Assembly (NCBI GenBank): GCA_013115125.1
Contig: JABANN010000167.1
Coordinates: 1-58,416 of the forward strand
DNA: 58,416 nt
From: Perkinsus olseni
Taxonomy: Eukaryota
Reading direction: 5' to 3'
A program made the translations under genes and the position numbers. Each line of letters starts with the position of its first letter. Position 1 is the stretch's first letter. The notes below the pieces were generated by a model, which did not search any database, had not been told where the DNA came from, and worked only from the letters and a program-made list of their open reading frames with translations. Shown here in pieces: positions 48,601 to 58,416 of this stretch.

Positions 48601-48654
48601 TTCGGCAAATACAGCTCCGAGTTGGAGTCGAGATACTCGGTCAGGAATCTTTGA
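45638..48654 (+). CDS. nnr: Bifunctional NAD(P)H-hydrate repair enzyme (YjeF_N epimerase + YjeF_C/carbohydrate-kinase-like dehydratase), multi-exon
   Basis: [54 protein letters not shown] (epimerase); [64 protein letters not shown] (dehydratase). Confidence 0.95.
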
Positions 48655-49129
48655 GAACAGTTATTGTTCAGCGAGAATCATTTCACCAGATTTTTCTAGC
48701 CAAGAGGAGGTTAGTGTTGTCAATGGGAGGAACAGCCTCTCCAGGCTCCTGGTGCCTATCGATGTCGTCGTCGTCATCAGCGTCCTCGCGTCCAACAGAG
48801 AGGCCACTGCAGATGCCCTTCCCCGACATACGGGACTCGGTCGATGGGGTGGAGCAGCCTCGGGATCAGGTGCCACAGCCGCTGCTCTTGGGGTGTGGCT
48901 TTCTTCAATATAGTAAGAGAATTGTCACCACTCAAATCCGGCGTGAGCGATATTGGTAGGAGCCCATTTGACAGGAGAAGCAGATACTACTAGTGCTAGG
49001 AGACAGGTGGATTGTGTGGTGGGCAAAATCATAAGAATCAACAGTATGATATACTTTAGGTTGATAATGCTTTGATAAATTATCGCTGATCTAAGATTAT
49101 CTATTAAACACCACTGAGTATATATTTTT

Positions 49130-49870
49130 CGGTGTCAGCCGCCGCCGCCGATCGCTGCTATCGTGCCGGTGGCGGAGGAGGCACTCCCAGTTACGACGGA
49201 GCCTCCTCCGTCACTGGTTGCTGTCGAAAAGCGCATCAAGGAAGTAACAGAGGAAATTGCTCGTCTGGAGAAGGAAGGGAGTTTGAGCTCCGAGATCCCG
49301 GAGGAGTACTTGGCGATGACCAAAGTCGAGTAGGACCCTGCAGGCCGAAGCTGTGATGTGGATGGGAGGGAACGACTGTCTCAGGATAACGAAGCCGCCG
49401 AAGATGAAGTCCTTGAGCGAGTCGGACTTGCAAATTCCTCGGGCGAAGAAAGCTCAGCCGGATGAGAAGGTCCTGGCCCGCAAAGCCCTGCTGTCACGCA
49501 TAGAGAAGGAGGTTGGGGAGGAGATCGAGAGGTGAGCAAATTCATAGTCGCGATGCTGCCACGGTGATTGAGCGCTGCATCGTGCGTTATCGACTGTTGC
49601 CAATAGTCTGTTGGCCCTGTCTCTAGTCAGCTGGCTGAAACCCTCCGGTGTATGGCGAGATGCTGTTCCTCCCTCAGGCAGCGTGAAGAGGAGATCAAAC
49701 GTGGCATTGACCTTCGAGCTCGGTTTGCGTCACGGTCGAAAGTGTGGGACATCCAAGTGCCGAGGGCTGTTCGAGACGAGCACTGGATCGAGCCTGGGCC
49801 GGTGAGGCAGCGCATGGAAGAGCAATTAGTGCAGGAACATATACTGCGATATGACGGACACTTATACTGA
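49130..49870 (+). CDS. Hypothetical charged/coiled-coil protein, multi-exon; start uncertain
   Basis: Exons VEKRIKEVTEEIARLEKEG, ITKPPKMKSLSESDLQIPRAKK...IEKEVGEEIER, QREEEIKRGIDLRARFASRSKVWD...RYDGHLY*. Confidence 0.5.
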
Positions 49871-49933
49871 GTCAAGACCGTGTCTTGGAGTTCCTCAATT
49901 TGAGTACACTCGGGCGGGGACAGCCTCTCACCA

Positions 49934-51295
49934 ATGGCTAGCATCAGTACGTCGGAGCCGCCTGCCGCTGCTGCCCCACCTCGGAGCACCTCCACAAAGG
50001 CCGGGCTCACCCGTAGTGAGCCGCATACAGCCATCCTGTTGTTGATGGGCAAGCCCCACATCAGTAAGCCGGCTGAAGGGAGATGGCGTCACTGGCGGCA
50101 GATTGTCGGTCTCCTTCTTACTGTCAGACCAACCGTATCAGGAAGTCTGTCGTCACGCTTTGCTCGGAGTCCTCTCTGGCGTCATCTCCGTGACGACCGC
50201 GGCGCTTCCAGGTGGCAACTATTGGATGAACCGGTCCGGGTCGTTCGCTCGGTTTTGAATTGTGTTGTGCTGCAAGGTCGTGGTGGTGACCCGAGCGGTG
50301 GGGCTGTCTACGCTACTGTCGTCACCAAACGGGATCTCACAGAAGGCTACAAGAAGAGCCTCGTCAGGGCCCTCAGCCCCTACGGAATCCAAGTGACGTC
50401 GCTGCGTATCTTGCTGTTCGTTTCTAGCCTGCTTGAACCTATCAGGCGATCGTTCTATCAGTGGAGTCATTGAGGAGTCTGGTTCTGTCACAAGGAGCCG
50501 CTGTGGAGGTGGACCAAGCCAGTCAGGGCCGTGGTGTGGCGAAGCATAGGAAGAAGGGGAAGCGGGGCAAGAGGGGCAGGAAGGGGGTGAGGGTACAGTG
50601 TGAGACGATGCCTTGCTGTTACGGTGCCTCTTAGGGGTCTGCGAAGCCTTCAAGAAGTGTGCCCGTGCCTAAGATAGTAGCCGGCCCTACAACCTCGCCG
50701 AGGGTAGCAGCTTCAGAGGTATTGAGGAAGCCCCAGGAAGGGGCTCCTGAGGAGGAAAACGCGGAGGAGAACATCCCCGTTGCGGCCAATGAGGCGGAGG
50801 CCCCCACCGAGCATGTGGCGAGCGGCGAGCTCGAGATGAAAGAGAATGCTGAGTCGCCGAGGGTCGAGTGCCCCTCCCCGTCCAAGGAGACGTCATCAAG
50901 ATGCGACCATTTCTGTATCTCTACGCCCAACGACAGCGAGGCCACAGGGCCGGGGATGGAGCACGGCCTCGACGAGGAGGAGCACGACGACGACGACATA
51001 GAGAACGAGGATGATTACATAGCCGATGCGGTCGGTACATGGTTGGGGGTGGATGATCTTGACGAAGACCACAACCGCGTGAGCCTTCGCCTCTATGACA
51101 TGGCGATGATCTTTACGTCCTCAGGATGATAGCGAGTACTTGGACCAGCACGGCTCGCCCAGGGCTCGCAATGCAGCAGCTACAATGACCTTCTTCAACA
51201 CAGCCGCCACAGCCTTTGGGTTCAGCAAGGCCATGGGCATGCATCAGAAGTTTGCCGGGGTAGTTGATATAGTTGAGGATAGTGGCCTGCTGTGA
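49934..51295 (+). CDS. Hypothetical protein with basic patch and acidic tract, multi-exon
   Basis: MASISTSEPPAAAAPP..., KHRKKGKRGKRGRKG, EEEHDDDDIENEDD, ...VDIVEDSGLL* joined by short GT-AG introns. Confidence 0.5.
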
Positions 51296-51445
51296 TGGTA
51301 CACTAAATGGAGCTGGGCAAGCCTTATGAAGATCACCATCATCACCATCATTTCATCCAGTAATTTGATACTCATGGTAATGCTAAGTAGCACTGCAGAG
51401 GAGCCATTTAGAGCTAGTGTTCACTGGGTACTTGGGGCGATGGCC

Positions 51446-53436
51446 AATGGAGGTCGACCGCTTGCTCATCATGTGGGAAGGCCTAGTCCCGGCAGAGCTC
51501 ATCCGTGTCGTGACAAGGGCTTCTTCACCATGGAGGCCCTCTGGAGAGGATCGACCGTCTACCTCACGCAAGATTTTTGCTGCACTGGGCCCTGGGTATC
51601 TATCGTTCTCTTAGCGTCATTTCAGTGGTCTGTTTGTTGAACACTGCCATCCAGTAGCCTGAGATTATTCTCATCGTTCTCTTCCCTTTCTCATGTCAAG
51701 GATCCGTCCGACCACGCAGCGTCATGCCTGTGGCCCAGCAGGGCGAAGGAGTGCCCCGAAAGCGGCACAACAGAAACCGAGAGAGCCTGCAACACTGGCC
51801 AGGGATGAGAGAGGTATCACGATCGTCGAAGGGTGGTGTCCTCTTGTTGTCGCTGAATGAGCTTGGCGTTATTATCCGTAGTGATGAAGTCATACGCAAC
51901 CTTCTTGAGGAAGGCTTCGGCCCAGAGTGTCGAATGGGAAGTAGTAGTTCGCGAGGGCTTGCCGGTCAGGATGTAAACTATCGAATTTGCGAGATTCCGA
52001 CAAAGACAGGGTAGCACGGCTGGTCACCACTCTGGCGCAGCAGAAGAAGCGAGCTGAGACCGAGCAGAGAGCGCGGGAGAAGGCGGAGTCGAGTGCCGAA
52101 CGGGTGGGTTTCGCGACTCCATTGATGTGGTGAGAAGACCGTTTTCCATGATAGCGTCTCAGGCGGTTGCGGAGGCCGAGCGGGCCAAGGAGACTCTTCG
52201 AAGGTCTCTGGAGCTGCTCAATAGATACCATCAGCGGGCCAAAGCTGACCTGGCTGAGCGGGCTCGCCTCAAAGCCTGCGTAGCAGTGTCAGCTCCACAC
52301 CCCGTTAAGGAGGTAGCACGAGAGGCTACTAGTAACAGCAGCAGTCCGGCGCGTGGGGGCCATGAGGGGGCGCTACCTTCGAACGGCGGCCCGCCTTGTG
52401 GTCATCCTCCGTATGATGACACGCCACCGTCGAGTAGAAGAACGTCCGATGCCTCGGCAAACTCTCACACAGTGAAGAGGAGGTTCAGCGATATGCGCGC
52501 GCCCAGGACTCTGTCCACGGAATCATCGGGAGAGTCCTCGGAGGACGAAGTGGTTCCCGAAAGAAGTTCCCCTGTCGGTGGACACCATCAGCGAAACAGA
52601 GACGGTCCGTTGAACAGGTCTTTGCAGCCTCTGGGTCCTGCAACCAGCACCAACTGGGATGTTCCAGGCACCAGCGGTCCCTGCTAAGACGCTACCTACA
52701 GATGAGTCGTGACAGTGAGACTGTTGCTATCAAGAGTCGGGAGGAGCGAGAATCGGACAAGGTGAGCGGCGGGGCAACTCGGCAGCTGCTTGGTGCCCTG
52801 TGGCCCTAGGTGTTGCGCGACTTCCTGAGCAAGTCTGTTGAAGAGCGGCGTCCAAAGTTCGAGCGTCCAACAGCAGGCTCGGAGGCGTCCGAGCGAGCAG
52901 GCCCTCGGCCCAGCACAGCGGCGCCGAGGTCTGAAGAGCTCGAGAACAGCGCTGTCCTGCGCTCTTCTATCAGCATCACGGCTAGTGGGGACGGCAAGCG
53001 AGTGCTACGCCTCCAAGCACCGAGGAGTCCCCGATCCTCCCCAAGGAGCCCCGTAGGCCTCACAGACGCGCCCAAGTCGCCTGAACGGTGTCATCGTCCG
53101 CGGTCGCCCCACGCATCGTTATCGGTTACTCCGAAGCAGACTACGACCTCACCAGGTCTTGGCCATGATGCTGAGCGACACTCTCTAGAAGTTTTCTTGA
53201 AGCTTAACGGACCTGCTGGTGACCGCTTGCCTGAAGCGCCAATACCTAGGCCTGCTCTCTGGCAGCAGCCTAGGTCACCGCTCGGGAGGGAGCAGCCCGC
53301 GGAGGTCACCGCTCATCTTGCTGAGGTGGACGATGTTCTCTCAGCGCTCTCTTTTACTGAATCGCATAGCATGATCCATTCGTCGAAGATACCATTGGCC
53401 ACTGAACGTATCAGATATGGACAGATCTTCAGATAG
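51446..53436 (+). CDS. Hypothetical coiled-coil and Ser/Pro-rich protein, multi-exon
   Basis: Long exons 52127-52687 and 52810-53436; coiled coil LAQQKKRAETEQRAREKAE|AVAEAERAKETLRRSLELL. Confidence 0.5.
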
Positions 53437-54288
53437 CTCCATGGTGTTGTGTTAACGAGTTTAGAAGGTTCCGACGAAAACGAAATGAAATCAGCGCGTA
53501 TGAGCGAAAGATAGCGTTGTGTGCAACTGGGGAAGTTGAATTGGAAGGACAAGCGAGCAGCATGAGTCACTCAGAGGACCCCGTGGCACAAGAGCATCGC
53601 GCTAGTCCATGGGATAGGGGAAAAGGATCCAGCATTGCGTACGAGACACGAAAGGACCGAAAAGTTCTCCTAGACTTACAACTGTATGAAATGGAAGGAG
53701 CGTCTTAAACGCAGAAGATCGAACGAGGTAGCCGAGCGATGGTGTCGATACCGCATGAGGGGATATTTAATCCTTTGTCGGTCAGTTCTCCTCTCACGAT
53801 GCATATGAAGTGGAACTGAGCAGTGTGGGAGGGAAAACTGTCACATGGCGTAGGACATAGGCGAGAAACGGGACGTCAGCATTCCCCACGATGGGCATTG
53901 TTGGCCGCGGCCAAGGAGGCTATGCGGTGGCTGCAGGCTGGAGCAGAGGGAGACGAGCCAGGAGTCCGTGAGGGTGGCTGCCGAATAATGGATACACTTA
54001 GCTCAGCGATGAGCTCTGAGGGAGTACGCCCCAGCTTGGCCTCTCATCTTCCACGTTGTACTTACGAAGGGGCCATACTAATCACTGGCTATGATTATGC
54101 ATAGTACAGTACTCTAAATAATCTTAGAACATTCCTAGAAAGCGCGTTACCTTGTAACAATCATGAGTTTAAATCTGCTTCTCGGATATGTTGTGTATTC
54201 AATATATACTATTAATGGCAAACTCGGTAGTTCTCTCCACTCAGCACTGGTAGCGACTCGGAACGCAACTACCTGCGAGGGACTGATA

Positions 54289-55291
54289 CTATTGATCAGA
54301 ATCTATGTCGATGAGGAACGCTCGAATACGAAATAAATCACCAAGAAAATCGGGATGTTTCATCCGCTCGTCCAATTGGGTAAGTCGTAACCCTCGTGAC
54401 TCGAGTAGGTCTTTGAAGAGCTCGTCGCACTTTACGCTTCTTGTTTGATGGACCATAAGAAACGGAGTGAGGCCCTTGTCAGCTATGAGTTCGGCAAGAG
54501 ATGGTACCAGGCTTTCCAGCCAGATAATGTCAGAGGCCATAACCAAGTCGAACCTACCAAAATCGCTATTCGCTGTAGGGAATGGGGAATCGTGCTGACC
54601 CAAGATGACCCACTGGCGGGCTAGCCCAGTCGAGCACTTCCGCCTTCACTTTGTCGGCTGCACCATTGAGGTCGATGCTCTTCCGAAGCAGCGGCATGGC
54701 GTATGGCAAGTCCGTGAGGACTACTTCCTGGGCGCCGCATAATGCAGCGGAGATCCCTCCTAGACCAGTACCTTTCGGTAGGATATGAACCAAAAATTAC
54801 AACAGAACACTCTTACCACTGCCGAGCTCAAGGACTCGTTTACCCCGCACTAAGTCCGGATTGTGCTCCAAGAATTTGGCGAGCACCTGCGGGTTTACCA
54901 ACGCCTTAAAGCGGAGAAAACTTTCTCGATGATGCAATGGCCGTACAACTGAACTATCCCACACTGAGTCTGCCGTGTCTGCATCCTGTTGATCTTGGGG
55001 ATCTCGTCGGGACGCCTCGCCGTTTGGTAGCCGAACGAAGTTGCCGTTGACATGGAAGTCACTACCGTCGAATTTTAGTGGATACTGTTTACCGGGCAGA
55101 GCTAGTAGGGGCGCATCAGATTTACCTGATGAACTCCTCGTTTGGCAGAATTTATCGCTAGGGCGCTCTTAAACGGCGTGTAGGTGAGCCCAAGCGAATT
55201 GAATTAGCGCTGCGCGAGATTGCACTTTCGAGATACTACCTGGAGTATTCTCGGAGTTCTCGACTACCACTTCCCATTGCATTAATTTCAT
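54289..55291 (-). CDS. Seven-beta-strand protein lysine methyltransferase (Methyltransf_16 / METTL21-like), multi-exon
   Basis: TADSVWDSS..VLAKFLEHNPDLVRGKRVLELGSG|TGLGGISAALCGAQEVVLTDL...VLDW...FDLVMASDIIW: motif I, post-I, motif II and a DxxW/Y signature. Confidence 0.92.
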
Positions 55292-55615
55292 GTTGAACCG
55301 TCGCAACGTACCGTCAGCGGAGCGATGCTCCCGTGGCCCAGGAGAAGTCATGAACGTTCAGACAAACTCTGCAGAGAACCGACTACAGATGGGTCAGCCC
55401 CATGCCGGCCTTCATTACCCCTCTCAACGTGTAAGGCGCAGCACGCTACTGGTCGTCTCCGGAGCTGAGATGCTGATTATGCTTTGGCGATCCACTGCTT
55501 ATGTGGCTCAACAAATTTCCTGCGGTTTGCTGATCAGCTCTACTCTCTAATTAACGCTTGATGCGGTGCCTATCGCAATCCCATTCATTCGGTTGATATT
55601 GGAGGTGGGAATATG

Positions 55616-55680
55616 CTTACCGGCGCCCGGAAAATGCTTCCGGCGCCCGAAACTTACTTCGCGCGCCCGAAAATTACTTT
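55616..55680. repeat. Three short direct repeats (~21 bp; CTTnCGGCGCCCGAAA-like)
   Basis: cttaccggcgcccggaaa / cttccggcgcccgaaa / cttcgcgcgcccgaaa. Confidence 0.7.
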
Positions 55681-55769
55681 CAATGCCCATAAAGTACTTT
55701 TGAGTCCCCGCGGCGCCTGCGGCGCCGTCTTAAGAACGCTAGAGGTGTCGTTCCTAACACGAGGTTGGA

Positions 55770-56070
55770 GCAGTGATACTGATAGTGACGGATCTTCTTC
55801 TCTGGCATTCGACCCGGATCGGCGCCTCTTCGAGAGGTCCTTCCGTCCTTGAATTGGCAGCTTCCACATCCTATTTTCACTCTGAGGTCAGAATAGTAAC
55901 TCTGATAGTGATGGATCGGACTCTCCGGCCTCCGAGTCGGATGGGCTCCTGGCTGAGAGCTCTTCCCGCTCATGAAGAGTCAGTTTCCACATCCTATTTT
56001 CACTATGAGGTCAGAATAGTAATTCTGATAGTGATGGATCATGAAAAGTCAGTTTCCACATCTCATTTTT
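55770..56070. repeat. Imperfect tandem repeat, ~124-bp period
   Basis: ttccacatcctattttcact(c/a)tgaggtcagaatagtaa(c/t)tctgatagtgatggatc at 55862-55917 and 55985-56040, plus partial copies before and after. Confidence 0.8.
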
Positions 56071-58416
56071 ATCACGAGTTCGAAGCATCGTCGAATGAGA
56101 GAGACTAGCGGCCGGTTACGTCTTCGGAACAGCGATAGAGCCTCCTCCAGTCTGAGAGGAGGAGTGCTATCTACACCAACTGTTGGCTATCAATACTTCT
56201 TGAATTGGTCGAACACAGTCCTGTAGTAAGTGGGGAATTGTAGACTACTGGCGATTGCTCTGTGAGAATCGATGGGTACGTGGACAGTATGCGTCGCCGG
56301 GCTCTGCGTCAGATGGCCGCAATCTTCACAAACGTCAACCCCAGATGATGTTGCAGGAGTATGCTGCAGCGTTCCCTATGAAAGAAGTCTCAAACGAGAG
56401 CACGTTCACACGACGATGGCTCACACTCATCGAAGTGGGTTCATCGGCAACTGCCGACTCCGAAACTTCGACATTCGATTCCGAAAATGGCGGGCCGGGA
56501 CAGACATCGTCTGAAGAAACCTACATAGAGTAAGAAATTAAAGCCTAACTGGCACGGAAAAGAATCTCACCTCGACCTCGCAAGCCGGACTACTGAAGGA
56601 CTGCTCTGAGTCGCACTGGCGCAGGTTTGCATCACACCAATGCGCGTAATAGCGCCCGCTTTAAGCAGTGATCTCTGATGCTAGCAGTATCTCGCTGCCG
56701 GATAGAGAGGAACAGAATAAGGATAAGATGTGGAAACTAACTATTCGAGGACCAAAGAGCGCTCTACGTGAATGAAAAGGTCTACTCTGACTGATAATGC
56801 CAGCCAGCCATCATCAAGTATCATTCATCATTCCTTGGACAAGGAGGAGATCTATCCCTTCGTTTTCTACTACCGTCTGAAACGGGCCCACTTTCATTCC
56901 GATAAGTCGCGGCAAGTGAGAATTCGGACAGCGCTACTCGGGTTCGAGCCTAGAAGGTCGAACACGAGCCGAGAATCAGGATAGAAATTGGTATTTTGAG
57001 ACCTGTTCATGCAAGTAGGTTAACGACTGTCGCATAGCTCAGATATCCGGGCCATCACTCTCGCCGGAAGACTCTGATGAGGAATGATCAGTCTGTATGG
57101 TGGGCCACTGACCAGCAGACACCACCTTCATCGGACCCGTTACCATGGTCCCCGAGATCTTCGGCCTGGCCATAGAGAGCACTTCGCCATTTCTAATCAC
57201 GAGGCCATGATCAATATGTAACGCAATATGTATACCTCGAAATCCTTTCCTTCCACTTCCACCACGGAATTGTCAAATGCCCTGAACTCCATCATCGCTC
57301 CGCTCTCACTACTTGCATCGTCGAAAAGTGTGGCGAAGGTGCTAAATGTGGCGATACGGAGACACACTCGTCTAGATCGTGAGCTGGAGTTCTTAGTAAG
57401 AACTCATTACCTCCTGTCTCGGGTTGCGCTTGATACGCTGGTGGGCATCTAAAGCGGAACTCAGCGGACCTTCCTTGAATTCGCTATGAGCCTACCACTC
57501 CGACACAGATATAATTCCCTGAGGGTATCCGACAGCAGATGATGTAAGGCAGAATCTTCCTGCCAGCCTCTTGAGACGAGCATTTGTGATGAATTATTTG
57601 CAGCACGAATAGCGCTAAGCGACGCAAGACTCCTGCCGAACTGATAAAAACGACACGGGATTCAGCACTGCTGAATCAGCAGAACAAGAGCATTTTGCTC
57701 ACCAAGATGACAGAATTCAGCACGCGGTGTAGAACAGTGATCCTGAAACTTCCGTTTTCTCGGCGTAACGTAGTGTACATCTTGCGATCTCGTATGTACT
57801 TAGCCTGACGTAAGCAGATTCTTGGCCACTAACCAAGGGGGATAATCGACAAACACAGGTCCAGAGCAGCACTACACTCACCTGAACTACGACTTGACGG
57901 AGTATGTTGAGCCCTCGCAGTAACGCAGGCCGAACCCCACTACGATTGTTGCTGAAATCAAGTTGGCCCGTCGGGAAGCAACGCTCACGAGAAGCAGAGC
58001 ATCAGGCTCCCAGATGTTCTTGCAAGGATTGTACAAGAGGGCCGCCACCAATGATTACTATTATTACCAATGATATTACTTCACGCTTGCGCGTAGCACT
58101 CGTTATCGACCCTCACGTCAGTGAACTTAGTGGATAGTGCGATGCACTTGTAAGAGCTATCTCCTGTGCTTTGACCTAAATTCCTGACGGTCTGGTCGTA
58201 TTAGGTGGTGCACAACCACCACGGCATTATCTCTGTGTCGTGTTGCTAGGAATATTACTTCGTGCGTAAACCCGAACCCGAATAGGGATATATTCAGATC
58301 ATCAGCGTCATTGGTAGACGTTAAGAGTAATGTCAAGCTTTTTGGCCGTCGACTCCCACGCCATATGAGTTTCCACAGCACACGAAGGTGATAAAGGCCA
58401 CTTCACGACTACGTCA

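Noticed and set aside
55616-56070. CRISPR-like array
   Set aside because: Repeats are degenerate tandem copies without unique spacers, no cas genes, eukaryotic context.
56500-58416. Possible minus-strand multi-exon gene
   Set aside because: Only short protein-like pieces (e.g. EFRAFDNSVVEVEGKDFE); no consistent model could be built.

Overview
Gene-dense eukaryotic DNA with many 45-70 nt GT-AG introns, so the ORF track is fragmented and the genes below were rebuilt by manual splicing (exon boundaries approximate). Intron style and gene content suggest a perkinsid alveolate (Perkinsus-like); this is inference. Left to right: a Gag-like ORF running off the left edge with a possible LTR/PBS; two tandem Ca2+/cation (NCKX-like) exchanger paralogs, the second with degenerate ion-binding repeats; a DUF547 gene; a chagasin (I42) protease inhibitor; a tightly packed array of four helical-repeat + RAP-domain genes with hidden mitochondrial-presequence-like first exons and a gene-conversion tract; a large multi-discoidin membrane protein whose long intron holds PIF1-helicase-like and histone-H3-like fragments; a fused NAD(P)HX epimerase/dehydratase; several hypothetical genes; and a METTL21-like methyltransferase. 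The best candidate for an undescribed system is the RAP array (19.0-29.3 kb).
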